Assembly (NCBI RefSeq): GCF_009914755.1
Contig: NC_060943.1
Strand: one strand, 5' to 3'
Source: the human T2T-CHM13v2.0 reference genome, Homo sapiens
DNA length: 64,000 nucleotides
Both the position numbers and the translations under genes were made by a program. The notes beneath the pieces are model-generated. The model did not search any database. It saw nothing but the letters and a program-made list of their open reading frames with translations, and was not told where the DNA came from. Positions within the stretch are counted from its first letter, which is position 1. The number at the start of each line of letters is the position of its first letter. Below, in pieces: positions 1-21,890 of this stretch.

Positions 1-165
1 CATAAGAAGCTACCAGACTGTCATCCACCAACAGTGTGTGCATCACTCTACATCCTGGCCAGCACTTGGTATCACCCGTCTTTTTGATTATAACTATTCT
101 AGTGGATGTGTGGTGACATCTGCCTGGGGTTTTAATTTGCATTTCCCTAATGTCTAATGATGTCG
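1..165 (-). mobile_element. L1M (old LINE-1) ORF2 3' fragment
   Basis: Antisense L1 signature TTTTGATTATAACTATTCTAGTGGATGTG...TTTAATTTGCATTTCCCTAATG. Confidence 0.75.
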
Positions 166-481
166 TATGCATGCTCATGCATGAGTAAGCTTTAAAGACA
201 CGAAGGGAAAGCCCGGGGGTCAGAGAAGACATTGCTGAGAGTCAGGAGGTGGGAATGCAAGATGGCACTGCAGAGGTTTTTAGGGTGTGGGAGTGAGGGG
301 GTGGATGGAAGGGCATACTGGGCATACCACAGGGTGGGAGATGAGGCCTTAGGTCTTTGCAAGATGGTGAGTAGGAATTGAGGCTCCCTGTATAAAGTAG
401 GGATCCTGGTAGGACCACACCTAGGGACAGGGTACCAGGAAGACTCTCCACCAGCCCAAGGTGAGCACAGGGGAGCTCATC

Positions 482-790
482 TTTTTTGCTTTTTTTTTTT
501 TTTTTTTTTTGAGACAGGGTCTTGCTCTGTCACCAGGCTGGAGTGCAGTGGTGCAATCTGGGCTCACTGCAACCTCTGACTCCCGGGTTCAAGTGATTCT
601 CCTGCCTCAGCCTCCCGAGTAACTGGGACTACAGGCATGTGCCACCACGCCTGGCTCATTTTTTTGTATTTTAGTAGAGATGGGGTTTCACCATGTTGGC
701 CAGGATGGTCTCAAACTCCAGACTTCGTAATCCACCTGCCTCAGTCTCCCAAAGTGCTGGGATTACAGGCGTGCACCACTGCGCCCGGCC
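482..790 (-). mobile_element. Alu (AluSc-like)
   Basis: Poly-T, full antisense dimer, CTGTCACCAGG and CCAGGATGGTC diagnostics. Confidence 0.95.
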
Positions 791-867
791 ATCTCTTTTC
801 TGAACGTTGAAAACACATACATATAGGTAATAACCAGTGTGCTCTAGGATGTGGGAAACAGACATTA

Positions 868-1446
<579 letters not shown>

Positions 1447-1469
1447 CCCCAAAATTTACTCTGTTTACT

Positions 1470-1706
1470 CTCAGCTCACTGCAGCTCAGACCTCTCCAGG
1501 CTTAGGTGATCCTCTCACCTCAGCTTCCTGAGTAGCTGAGACCACAGGCGCGCACCACCACACCCGACTAATTTTTGTATTTTTTTGTAGAGACATGGAT
1601 CCTGCTATGTTGCCCAGGCTGTTCTCAAATTCCTGGGCTAAAGTGATCTACCCGACTCAGTCTCCCAAAGTGCTGGCATTACAGGCATGAGCCACCATGC
1701 CTGGCC
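1470..1706 (-). mobile_element. AluJ, tail-truncated
   Basis: Antisense Alu body ending GAGCCACCATGCCTGGCC. Confidence 0.9.
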
Positions 1707-2107
1707 TCTTGCTTACATCTACTTTGGACTTGCTCTCAGATTCTTTTGTGTGGCGAAGTGTAAAACCTGGACTGGCTCAGCAGCAACAATTGGATTTTAG
1801 ACGAGTAGACACTCCAAAAGATGTTCACTACAATAACCATTATCTCAGCACTTCATTTCTAACCTTAACTCTAACCTAGAGAGACAATTGCACAAATGTT
1901 CAGAACAGCCTGTATCAGTTACCTAATGCCATGGTAATGCTGCGTAACAAATGGATGTGAAAACGTCAGTGACATGCAACATTAAGTTTATTGCTCATAT
2001 ATCTGGGGCACCCTCACTAATGGAGTGGAAAGGAGGTGATCAAAACATCCAGCCAGAACATCTGCTTCTCTTCCTCCTCCTTCCCTTTCCCTTCTTTCTT
2101 TATCAAC

Positions 2108-2310
2108 TCTAGCATTTACTGAACAATTCTTATGTTCTGGACACTGCTCAAAAAGCTTCACAGGTAATAAGTAAGTTCATTTTCACCAGGAGATAAGTGT
2201 CACTAACATATCCACTTTGCAAATGAGAAAACTGAGTCAGAAAGAAGTTAAATAACTGGCCTGAAAGCCCATAGCTAGTGAGGGGTAGACTCAAAGAGTC
2301 CTTGCTTCTA
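2108..2310 (-). mobile_element. MIR
   Basis: MIR core TTTGCAAATGAGAAAACTGAGTCAGAAAGAAGTTAAATAACT. Confidence 0.7.
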
Positions 2311-2321
2311 AACCCTAAGTC

Positions 2322-2423
2322 CAGAGGGCAACAACCTTTTTATATAAAGGACCAGAAAATAAATATTTTAGGCTTCATGGGCCATGTGGATTTGGCCCAT
2401 GGGCCATAGTTTGCTGACCCTTG
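2322..2423 (+). mobile_element. MER58A, internally deleted (hAT-Charlie)
   Basis: Both MER58 ends present; degenerate 8-bp TSD CCTAAGTC/CCTTAATC. Confidence 0.75.
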
Positions 2424-2586
2424 CCTTAATCCAACAGCCTAAGAACCTTCAAAGTAAAGCTGACCAGAGCTTTACCTTTCCACGAGATTTCCAACAAACC
2501 CCTAAATCCAGTAAATTAGAAGAAGGGTGTAATTCACCATGAATGAATTAGGCTGATTGCTGCATAATTCATGATTATCAAAATGA

Positions 2587-2972
<386 letters not shown>

Positions 2973-3018
2973 ACAGGAAAAAATTCTGCTTCAGTGGAAA
3001 ATTAGACACTGTCTAGAG

Positions 3019-3197
3019 CAGGGATTGGCAAACCACAGCCCAGAAACCAAATCCAACCACTCCTATTTGTTTATATTTTTTACAGCTGTTTTCATGCTTC
3101 AATGGAAGTGGAGTAGTTGCCATGTAGACCATATGTCTAGCAAAGCCTAAGATATTTACTACCTGGCCCTTTACAGAAAAAGCCTGGCAACCCATAG
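3019..3197 (-). mobile_element. MER58A
   Basis: CAGGGATTGGCAAAC...GCCTAAGATATTTACTACCTGGCCCTTTACAGAAAA. Confidence 0.8.
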
Positions 3198-3731
3198 GGT
3201 AAAGAACACTCTTCTGAGTTATCTGATTCTAGCCTTTCCTTTCCTTTGACCTATTTTACTATTCTGCAAGTTCTTGATAATTGATAGCAATGCAAAATAA
3301 TCCTTTTTTTGTAGACAAGAAAAAGCTGTAATGTCCACCAGAAGTTCAACCTACTTCCCTCCACCACTACGGAAGAGTTCAATTTGCACAGTCATTTCAG
3401 TGTTTCTGATCCATAACTGTGTCTTTTATTTGAATGCGCCTTTGAATGAGTTGTAACATTGGTTCCGTCATTCATGAGGAAGATAAAATCTTTAACACAC
3501 ATTCACTTCACATATGTATGAAAGTCATGATTTTTCTTCTTTCTTTAATTATTCTTGAACATTATTTATGGTTTCATAAGAGTTTAGAGAGCTGCTCTCC
3601 AATGGACATTAAAAAATATCTGCATCATTCTACTAGATCTTGTAATAGTAGCCCTGAGCTATAAATTTTGTACCAGAAACTTGAGAAAAAGTTTGCCTGA
3701 CTTAATGGCATTTTGGGAGGCTGAAAAATCA

Positions 3732-4042
<311 letters not shown>

Positions 4043-4111
4043 TAAACTGGAAATCCAAGTAACTAGATAATGAGGAGATAAAACATAAAACACTCTTAGA
4101 AGTTATGAGTA

Positions 4112-4810
4112 TGTGATATGGCTTGAATGTGTCCCCACATTTTATGTATTTGAAACTTACTCCCCAAATTTATATGTTAATTCAAAACAGGGCTTTGGGA
4201 AGGTATTTAGGATCAGATAAGGTCATCAGGGTTAAACGTTCATGATGGGACTGGTGGCTTTATAAAAAAAGGAAGAGAGACCTGAGTTTACATGCACGCT
4301 CTTGCCCCCTCACTACAGGATGCCCTCTGCCATGTTATGACACAGCAAGAAGGCCCTCACCAGATGTCAGTTCTTCAGTCTTGGCCTTCCCAGCCTCCAG
4401 AACTGTAAGAAAAACATTTTTTTCTTTTTTTTCTTTCTTTTTTTTTTCTTTTTGGCAGCGTCTTGCTCTGTTGCCCAGGCTGGAGTGCAACAGCACGATC
4501 TCAACTCACTGCAGCTTCCACTTCCTGAGTTTAAGTGATGCTCACATCTCAGCCTCCCAAGTAGCTGGACTTAACAAGCATGTGCCAACATGTCCAGCTA
4601 TTTTTTTTTTTTTTTGTATTTTTAGTAGAGACAGGTTTTTGCCGTGTTGGCCAGGCTGGTCTCAAACTCCTGGCCTCAAGCGATTCACCTGCCTCAGCCT
4701 CCCAAAGTGCTGGGATTACAGGCATGAGCCACTACGCCCGACATTTATTTTCTTTATAAACTACCCAGTTTGTGATATTTTCTTATAGTAATGCAAAGTA
4801 GACTAAGTAT
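4112..4810 (+). mobile_element. MST-family MaLR solo LTR interrupted by antisense Alu (4417-4741)
   Basis: TGTGATATGGCTTGAATGTGTCCCC start; CCAGCCTCCAGAACTGTAAGA; TTTATAAACTACCCAG...GACTAAG end. Confidence 0.85.
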
Positions 4811-5029
4811 ATAAGTGATCGTTGATGCCAAAAGGATGGTTGAGATCCCCCAGGGAGTGTGGGGGGAAATATGAGAAGAGGAAAAGGCAGACAAATGGGG
4901 AGGGACAGGGTAGAGGAGCAGCTGAGGACAGCTAAAGTTAGACTGGACAGAGCAGCATTGTGGGCTGCAACAGCATGGGCCAAAGGAGCACCAAGGCAGA
5001 TGCATCAACACCATCAAGTTGTGCATAAA

Positions 5030-5175
5030 GGTCAAGGAAGGGCTGAAAAGTGGCCATTGGCTTGAGCAAATAACAGGTCATTAGTGGCCTTGGCAAGAAC
5101 AATTTGATAGGAATGGTGGATTGAAAGGCAAACAACAGTGGGTTTGGAGTGAATGGAGAGAAGGAAGTGGAATTA
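5030..5175 (-). mobile_element. L2 fragment
   Basis: AGGTCATTAGTGGCCTTGGCAAGAAC...GAGTGAATGGAGAGAAGGAAGTGGA resembles antisense L2. Confidence 0.6.
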
Positions 5176-5267
5176 CAGTTGGCTGAATAAATGAAGAATA
5201 ATGCCTGATTGCTGCAGGGTTGTTATGACAACCAAATAAGATAATGATGGTGAATACTCTTTACGGA

Positions 5268-5645
5268 ATTTTTTATTGAGGTATCATTTATATACAGTAA
5301 AATCCACCCTTTATTAGTATACAGTTCTATAGGTTTGGACAAACATACACAGTCTTGTAGCCTCTACAAAAATCAAGAAATAGTACAGTTCCCTCACCCA
5401 TAGACAGTTCTCTTTTGATCCTTTGTAATTAATCCCTTCCTGAAGCCTTAGCCCATAGCAATCATTGATCTATTTTCTGTCCCTACAGCCTTGCCTTCTC
5501 TAGAAAGTCACATAAATCAAAGTGTACACTACATAGACACTTGAGTCTGGCTTCTTTCACTCAGAATAATGCACTTGATATTCACCTATCGGTATTTTAT
5601 TTTTTTAATTGCTGAGTAATATTCCATTGTATGTGAATATTCCAT
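5268..5645 (-). mobile_element. L1MC/MD-type 3' UTR
   Basis: TTTTATTGAGGTATCATTTATATACAGTAAAAT...TGCTGAGTAATATTCCATTGTATG. Confidence 0.8.
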
Positions 5646-5734
5646 CACTTTTTTTTCATAAAAGTGAAATGCTGTATAAAATTGTAAGGACTTATTATTC
5701 TTGGAAAATATATATACATGCAGGCAGGAAAGTC

Positions 5735-6170
5735 TGCCTTAGTTTGGGCTCCCTCAGAAGCTGACCTTGAGACATGATTCAAGTGAAAGTTGTTTATTTT
5801 AGAGTCAGTTCCAGGAGACTCAGTATGGGAAGATAAAGTGACACAGGGAAGGAAAACAACAAGCATCAAGCAAGTTACCACTGTGGGCAACTGACGCTCA
5901 ATCTACTGGTGACCTCTAGGAGACAACATAGAATACAGATCTCAGAATTGCCCAGCAGAGGAGTGAGGGAGCTGGGATATTTATCCTCCACCTTCCTACC
6001 AGTCACTGATTGACAGCCACTCATGGAGGACATTAAATCTCTAGCATTTCTGGCCCAACTGTGTAGATCATAACGTGTACCCCAAAGACCAGAGACAGTC
6101 CTCAAACAAATGAATGCAGGTGCTGGCCACTGGAAATTAGGCCAGAGTGTGCTGACCAAGGATGAGGTAG
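5735..6170 (-). mobile_element. LTR16-like ERVL solo LTR
   Basis: CAGAAGCTGACCTTGAGACA...CAAGTTACCACTGTGGGCAACTG...GAGGGAGCTGGGATATTTATCC. Confidence 0.7.
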
Positions 6171-6767
6171 GGGAAGGCCAGGTGCCGACCATTCCTCCTA
6201 TAGAGTGGATACATAATCAGATCATAAACGATCTCCCCTTAATTTTCATCTCTTTCTTAAGCTGTAAACATCAAGTATTTTTATAGCTCTTCAAGATGCA
6301 CTGCATGGAGACCTTCTAAATCATCTCTATGTCCTCTAATTGGGCTTGTCACTCACAGCTAATATTGCTATATTTATAGTTAATCTCTCCATATAGCGTC
6401 TTATGACTTATTTTTGGATTTGTGAGTCAGGCGTGCATACTCCAATATGCATGCTCATGCTGCTGTTTATCTATCTCTACGGGAAAACAGGATGTTGTGT
6501 TCCTTTTTTCCCTGCCTCACCGTACCCACTCCTGACCCTTGTCTGACAGCCTTTGGCTTATATTAATTTTCATAAATACCTTCTGCTTACTTCATAGTTT
6601 TCCAAATATTCGAAAATACTTTATTTCACTTAATCTGCAGGATAACACTAGGAGGCAAGCAGAGACCTCTTGCCTCTAATGCATTTTACACATGAGAAAA
6701 CTGAGGCTCATGTCAATTAAAAATTAATTTAAGCTATTTCATTTAAGTTAAAAATTAGTTTCCACTG

Positions 6768-7170
6768 CATCATATGGGATGCTTCTAGTTGTGAATAACT
6801 AAAATCCCAAACTGAATTAAACATTAAAGAAAATTATCAGCTCACATGAAGAATATAATAAATAAAAAGTAGGATGTGCTTTCAAAAGAGGTTTGATGTG
6901 TTGGCTCACAAGATGACTGCCAGGAGGACCTTCTGCAACTTCACGCCCCTTGTTCACAACCGGAGATGGATATACACTACCTCCATCCTGAGATTCACTC
7001 TGATTGGCCCAGTCCATATCACATGACCACCTCTGAGCCAATGAAGGTAGATGGGGTATGCTGATTGGCCTAAACTGGTCACATGGTCTACCCGGAAGCT
7101 AAGGCAAAACTCACTTCCCTAGAAATAGATGGAGTCCCAAGTGAAAAACAGCAAGAAAGGGAAAATATTG
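6768..7170 (-). mobile_element. MLT1K/L-like MaLR LTR
   Basis: CTGATTGGCCCAG...CACATGACCACCTCTGAGCCAAT...CTGATTGGCC. Confidence 0.6.
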
Positions 7171-7248
7171 GAAGACATTCATGGAAAGTGGGTTAATTAG
7201 GAATGTTGTCATCTGTAGGTTACCAATAACCTGAGTAAGAGTGGCTTA

Positions 7249-7620
<372 letters not shown>

Positions 7621-7729
7621 GAATTAAAAAGTCATTCTTCTCTCCTTCTTTCACCCACCATCCTCACTATATTGCTTTTCCTCCTTAAATTTAATCACTT
7701 CATAGTCTCAAAGGTGGCTGCTACAGCTG

Positions 7730-8580
<851 letters not shown>

Positions 8581-8669
8581 TGCTCTTGCCTTTTAACAAG
8601 GAATAAATCTGCATCTTCAAGAGCCCTCCAGCAGACTTCTTTATCATGGGTCAAGTTCTCCCAATGTAG

Positions 8670-9647
8670 AGTCTAGTCTAAAATAAGCATCCTGATGCAA
8701 AGGGTTTATTGAGAAGGTTTGTTCCAGAAGAAACCATGAAGGGAATAAAGGAAGCAGAACAAGGAAAGGGAAGAAGACAAGACACGGAGAGGAAGTTCCA
8801 GCCTAACCCCTCCCCCATAGAGAGCTCCACAGCTTAAATTCCATCTTGGAGACTGTCCCATGGTGTCTCTCAATCAGAGAAGCAGAACCACTGTGAGTGA
8901 TCTAGAACGGGGAATTTATTATGGGATTTGACCTTGTGCAATAGTGAGTTAGTGGAGCAGACTGTGGCCCTTGGTCTGGTACTGGGTCTGCAATCACTCT
9001 AGGTCAGCCAGCCCATCCGTCAGGAGGGAACACTAGCTGTGCACAAGAGCAGGGAGGAGCAGAACCCACGAGGGACTTGCGTCTGTCTCGCACCACCTGC
9101 AACCTCAATGTCGTGAGTGACCTGCAGGTGAAGCTGTCATCCTTCACCTTGGAGCTGCGTGTTCACTTGGCCTAGTTCTCAGGGAAGATGAAAGAGATCT
9201 GGCAAGAGCTGGAGAAGAGCCAACAGCTCTGCAGCAATGTGTGTGTGTGCTGCCGCCATGCCTGACACCTCCAGGAAGATTAAAAACTAGGGTCATTGCT
9301 TTACATCCATCTTCCAAATCTTGTGCAGGTTATTCTTCTAGCCAACTCTAACCCAGAACTTTACAGGGAAGAGAGTAGGGAGAAATGTTCTTCCAGCTTA
9401 GCTGAATTGACGTTATCCAAAGCCAAATGTCCCACCTGGAGAAAAAAGGAGTTAGCTCCTGGCTATAGGTGCCCCCAGAGAAGACGCAAATACACAGGCA
9501 TTCCCCAGTCTCTGTGCAGGCAAGGAGGTCCCCGTGTCCAAAGGCAACCCTGTGATGGCCACAGAGGCTGGACGTCAGCAGCAAAACACGCAGAACTGGT
9601 AAAGGGATCAGAGGGGATCTGGGCAGGGCATGACAATGGCCGCTACA
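8670..9647 (-). mobile_element. LTR16-like LTR interrupted by a second ERVL-class LTR (~8860-9428)
   Basis: Outer ends AAGGGATCAGAGGGGATCTGGGCAGGG...CGCTACA; inner CAGAGAAGCAGAACCACTG...CCAACTCTAACCCAGAAC. Confidence 0.55.
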
Positions 9648-9866
9648 TTTACTCTACATCTCAATGGCCAGAGTCAGTGTCACATCCCTGCCCTGACTCA
9701 TACAGGTCAAGGTTCCAGTCTACCCCAGAGGGTAACCAACCCACATCCACCACATCCACCATTAGCATGAGAGCCAAGGCAAAGACAACGTCATGTAATC
9801 CCCTTCCAGTGTCCTTTCCACTGTTTTCAGTATTGACTGTTTTCAGAACATAATTAATCAAGATTA

Positions 9867-10569
<703 letters not shown>

Positions 10570-10648
10570 TTATCTCTAAATCAACTGTTCTTCAAAGTGT
10601 ATTCTGTGAACCCTTAAACCTAAGACCCTTTTGAGAATCCATGAGATC

Positions 10649-10842
10649 CAGTGGTGTACTGAGACCTATTTCTATCAGCTAGAAGAAACCAATTGTTAAA
10701 ATGTTCAGGCACTGGTGCGAGCCAGTTGATAGCTTGAAATTGGCCATGGAAGAAGTATTTACACCATGGAAATTGGCATGCAGAGCTTTTTTCCCTCCCC
10801 TTTCCATGAGAAAATAGTTAAACATTTACCAGCACACCTCCG
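10649..10842. mobile_element. MER63-like (hAT-Blackjack)
   Basis: CAGTGGTGTACTG...GTATTTACACCATGGAAATTGGC...TTAAACATTTACCAGCACAC. Confidence 0.65.
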
Positions 10843-11006
10843 TTTGTAGTAATATTAAGACCTGATTTTCCTTTTTCTCTGTGTTGTCATTTGCACTGTT
10901 GGTACCAAAGGAATGGTGGGGAAAACTGCTGGTGCCTTAGCAGGAATCAATGCAGTATTACAATATTGTACTAGTAATTGTTTTTTTCATACCATGCACT
11001 CACAGT

Positions 11007-11196
11007 GAGGAAGGAAGGGAAGAAGGAATGAAGGAAGGAGGGAAGGAAGGAAGGGAGGGAGGGAGGGAGGGAGGGAAGGAGGGAAGGAAGGAAGGGAGGG
11101 AGGGAGGGAGGGGGGAGGGAAGGAGGGAAGGAAGGGAGGGAGGGAAGGAGGGGGAGAGAGGGAAGGAGGGGGAGGGGGGAAGGAAGGAGGGAGGGA
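11007..11196. repeat. (GGAA/GGGA)n polypurine tract
   Basis: ~190 nt almost purely A/G. Confidence 0.97.
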
Positions 11197-11211
11197 CAAC
11201 TTCACTTAAAG

Positions 11212-11865
<654 letters not shown>

Positions 11866-11999
11866 TCAACCAAAACAATGTATCACAACAGAGTGCGTGT
11901 AGCAGCTGTGAGAATAAAGCAGTCTTCTATTAAACCAGACAGTAAAGAAATTTGTAAATATGTAAAGCAACGCCACTCTTCTCACTAAATTTTTTTTTA

Positions 12000-12494
<495 letters not shown>

Positions 12495-12546
12495 TGACTT
12501 GTCTGTGTATGCTACCTAGGATCATTCATACCTCAAATCCCCCTCA

Positions 12547-12880
<334 letters not shown>

Positions 12881-13467
12881 TGAGCTGAATATAAACCACA
12901 GAGTGGCTTTGTCAGCAAGGCAAGTTGTTAAGAACTATTCAGCTGTTACTTGCATAATTGATTATTAAAAGCAACTGAACCTATGAGAGGTGCTATCTTA
13001 GCCAGAACAGCTGGCTTGGTCTCTACTCTTTCAAAAATACTTACCACTGGGGAAGCTGGACCCTGTCATCTCACTGTAGGATGTACTGCTTGAAATTCTT
13101 GCTGGGTCAAAATAATAGCTTTGCTGTGTAAACTGGACCCATGCAAGTTTCCTGTTGGCTAACACCATAAGCCATGACCTTCAGCCAACGGTTGCTAATG
13201 TCGGGAAGTTAAAACACAGTCCAATGAGTTCAAGAGATCTTTGTGTAGACCCAAAATTTCATTCATATAAACTCATGAGCTCTTCTTCTAGGAGGAACAG
13301 AAAGGATACTAAATGAATTTAGCCTCCAAAGATCTGGTTTCCAGTTCCAAGTATCATCAACTAGCAGCAGGACAGAATCATGTAATTTCATCAAAAAAAG
13401 GGGTCCCTATGGTTCCCTGAAACTGTAGAATTCATTGAATGTACGATTCTAGGACCTGTGACCCATA

Positions 13468-13621
13468 TGTATTCGTTTGCTGGGGCCTCCATCACCAAAT
13501 ACCATAGATTGGGTGGCTTACACAACAAGAATTTATTTTCACACAGGGTTGGAGGCTGGAAGTTCAAAATCAACGTACCAGCTAGATTGGTTCCTTCTCA
13601 GACCTCTCTCCTTGAATTGCA
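13468..13621 (-). mobile_element. MLT1A-like LTR, truncated
   Basis: TGTATTCGTTTGCTGGGGC...GGTGGCTTACACAACAAGAATTTATT...GGAGGCTGGAAGTTCAA. Confidence 0.8.
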
Positions 13622-13794
13622 TAAATAATTTGTTTTGTTTTGGTAAGTTTTAAAACTTGACTTTTTTCCCTTCAAGGGCCTAGAAAACACATAGACATAT
13701 TGTGACTTGTGTGTATGTGTGCTAGCTAGAATCATTCATACTCCAAATCTCTCTCACATTACAGATTAATGGGTTGGATGCAAATGGTATGTAT

Positions 13795-14048
13795 TGACCA
13801 ACAGCCCCAGCTGAGGTCCAGTTGACAGTCAGCATCAACTACCAGACATGGGAATGAGCAACCTTCAGATGATTTCAGCCTCCAGTTGTTGAGTCGCCTC
13901 AACCTTGAATATTCCCAGTAGAGACCCAGGCACTATGCAGCAAAATCAAGGCATCTTTTTCTGCATCCATTCTGAATTCCTGACCCATAGAATCTGATAG
14001 CACATAAACTGGTTTCTATTTTATGCCCCTAACTTGGGGCATGGTTGG
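13795..14048 (+). mobile_element. MLT1G-like LTR 3' part
   Basis: CAGCCCCAGCTGAGG...CAGCATCAACTACCAGACATG...CTGAATTCCTGACCCATAGAATC. Confidence 0.7.
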
Positions 14049-14084
14049 GTTTTGTGGTTTGGGGTTGGGGTTGGTTTTTGCTTT

Positions 14085-14245
14085 GTTTTGTTTCGTTTGA
14101 GATAGGGTATTGCTCTGTCAACCAGGCTGGAGTGCAGCGGCGTGATCATAGCTCACTGCAGCCTCAAACTCCTGGCGCAAGCAATCCTCCCACCTCAGCC
14201 TCCTGAGTAGCTGAGACCACAGGTGCACACCACCATGCCTGCCCC
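14085..14245 (-). mobile_element. AluJ right arm/FRAM
   Basis: Antisense monomer. Confidence 0.85.
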
Positions 14246-14844
14246 CAAAAATGTTCTCATATCATTGCCCTTCCCTGTATCCCCACCTTTGGCTGTGTAA
14301 CTTTGCAATACTCTTATTATGAGCAAAACATATGGTCTCACCTCTTGACTTTGGATTTCGTTATACGACTTGCTTTGGACAATAATTTTAAAAACCACAA
14401 AACTGACAGTGTGTCATTTTTGAGCCTAGGTATATTAGTCAGAGAAATAGAACCAGTAGTATAGTAAAGATACACGAGACAGAGACAGGGAGAGAGCCAG
14501 AGGGAAAGATAGATTTATCAGGAGGTATCGGCTCACGTGATTATGGAGGCTGAGAAGTCATACAATCTGCCATCTCCAAGCTGGAGATCCAGAAAAGTCA
14601 GTGGTGTCATTCAGTTTGACTCCCAAAGGCCTGAGAACCAGTGTAGCCAATGATATAAATCCTCGTCTAGGGACCAGAGAAGATAAGATGATATGTCCCA
14701 GCTCAAGCAATAAAGCAGTAAAAGAGGCAAAATTCTCCTTCCTCCATCTTTTGTTCTACTCAGGCCCTCAACAGATTGGATGATATCCACCCAACTGGGG
14801 ATGATGGCAGCCTGCTTTACTGAGTACAGTGATTCAAACGCTAA

Positions 14845-15514
14845 GGATACAGGAGCTAAAAAGAAATTATTTAGGCAGACAGTGAGGGTAAGAGAGTCCT
14901 CAGCAGAATTACCCTTTTAACAAAAAGCAGCCCCCAAATAATTTCTTTTCTAACAAAGAGCAGCCTGAAAATTTGAGCTGCAAACATAGATAAGCAAGCT
15001 GGAAGCTTGCACAGGTGAATGCCAGCAGCTGTGCCAATAGAAAAGGGCTACCTGGCATGTTCAACATGGAGGCTCCATCTTCCCTTTTCTTTGTCACCAC
15101 ATGTGCAGTAGAAAAGCAGGCAACATGGTGCTGGCCAGGTAGAGAACCCATCTGCATAATAAAACATTAGGGTGGTGAGGCCAGCTTCTTTGTGCACTAT
15201 GCAAACGGCACCCGTAGTCCAATCCGGGTCTTCACATGCTATGCAAATGGCATACCTGGTCTGACCAATCCTTCATGCCCTATGTAAATCAGACATCACT
15301 TCCTCAAGCTCATCTATTAAACATCCTGTACTTTGCCACAAACAGGAAGCCCTGCTTAGGAGCCCCTCTCTCTCTGCAGGAGAGAGATTTTTCTCTTTCT
15401 TTCGCCTATTAAACCTCTACTCTTAACCTCACTCCTTGTGTGTCCACATCCTTGATTTCCTTGGTGTGAAGCAGTGAACCTTGGGTATTACCCCAGGCGA
15501 ACAATGCCACTTCA
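14845..15514 (+). mobile_element. MER50 ERV1 solo LTR, full length
   Basis: GATACAGGAGCTAAAAAGAAATTATTTAGGCAG start, ...GCCACTTCA end, 4-bp TSD CTAA, ATTAAA poly(A) signal. Confidence 0.85.
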
Positions 15515-15530
15515 CTAATACTCTCAATCA

Positions 15531-16222
<692 letters not shown>

Positions 16223-16802
16223 TAAAATTAACCATCACACTGGGACTCAAGAAGCCTTGAATGTCGCCACTTGCCCCTGCCATCATCACGAGGAGGACAT
16301 GCCCAGACTAGCCCATTGGTCCTAGGAGGAGAATGAGACACATGTGGAACAAAACTCAGCTGAGATCAGACAACACACAGAAGTAAGTGAAAATAGATGA
16401 TTGTTGTTTTAAGCCCCTGAGTTTTGGGATGGTTTGTTACACAGCATTTTTGTGGCAATAACTAACTGATACAGCAAGTAAGGCAGTGAGCAAGTAAGGA
16501 CTCACAAACAATGCCCCAAAATGAGGGCCCCAGAGCAAAAGTTTTTCTCTGATCTTCTCCTGACCACCTGTCTCTCAGTCCCATGCTCCCCTGAGGCTAG
16601 CCATAGAAACTAGAATCCCTCTTCCCCAAGGTGGGTCATAGAACCACAACCCCTTTTTTCCCAAAGCCAGCCATAAGACCTAAAAATATGACTCTTTTTC
16701 TCTGCCTTTTTGTGTAAAAACTGGCCATAAAGAAATTATCTGACCCACCCTGTTTGACTGTAGGTCATAAGACCTCCATTCCAGAGAGGGTCTTAGCCCA
16801 TA

Positions 16803-17291
16803 GCCAGGATGCTGGGCAGTTGAGCCCCAATACTGGGGCTTAGCCTGGGAGGGTTCTTGGCTTCAGCCTGGAAAGGATACAAGGATGAGCCAGAGGTGTT
16901 AGTCACTTTTACTGAAGCCGCAGTGCACAGCAGCTGTGGAGGTATTGCTCCTTGTGGAACGGGGCCGCCCCATAGGCAGTGTACCCAAAGCAGCAGCTCA
17001 GAGGCAGTGCTGCAGGCATATTTATAACCCACTTTTAATTATGTGTAAATTAAGGGGTGGATTATACAAAAATGTCTAGAAAAGTGATGGTAACTTCCAG
17101 GTCATCAGATCATTGCTAAGGAAAGGGATGGTAACTTCTAGGTGTTACCATGGCAATGGTAAGTTGACATGGCTCACTAGTGGGCATGTCTTGTGGAGAG
17201 GTGCTTTTGCCTCTTCCCTGTTTTAGCTAGTCTTCAATCTGGTCCAGTGTCCAAGTCCCACCTCCAGAGTTGAGTCCTGCCTTCTACCTTA
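16803..17291 (-). mobile_element. MER66/LTR19-like ERV1 solo LTR
   Basis: GGTTCTTGGCTT...CATATTTATAACCCACTTTT...CTGTTTTAGCTAGTCTTCAATCTGGTCC...GAGTCCTGCCTTCTACCTTA. Confidence 0.7.
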
Positions 17292-17459
17292 CCCAGAAGG
17301 AAATAATGCTTCACAGAAAAGCCAAGAAGAATCTAGATAGACAGACCTTGCCAGATTTCTCTACTCGGTCTATTACCATTAGATCAGACCCTGTATTTCC
17401 AATCATGTTTCTGCACAGCTGTCCATACTCTGTGGAACCTAAGCATAAAAACAGTTTCC

Positions 17460-17855
<396 letters not shown>

Positions 17856-17974
17856 TCAGTGACTTGATTTTTCAGTGAAACTTCAAAGGGTGACAGGGAA
17901 ATTTCTCCTTGGCCCCTGCAGCAGGCATGCATTGCTTCTGAACACATTCCAGTGGTGATAATCGTGGACTCACA

Positions 17975-19602
<1,628 letters not shown>

Positions 19603-19651
19603 TGGATCTATCTAGATGCGCCTTTAATTTTATTATTTATTTAAAAGGAAC

Positions 19652-21264
<1,613 letters not shown>

Positions 21265-21493
21265 AAACCACCCTCAGCCAATGGTTCTGCAACTTGCACA
21301 TTTTCACATAGTAATATATAGTGGAGATCTTTCCAAAATATTACACTCTACCCAGGTCTATGTCTTTCTTCTTAATAACTGCATTAGTATTGTAATACTA
21401 ACACTGTGTCTTAATTTGTTCAAATCAATCCCCAAATGAGGGACACTTTCCAGTTTTGGGCTATTTCAAATAAGGCTACAGAAAATATCTTCA

Positions 21494-21890
<397 letters not shown>

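Noticed and set aside
9296-9853. 185-aa ORF
   Set aside because: Spans LTR remnants; no recognisable domain or coding bias.
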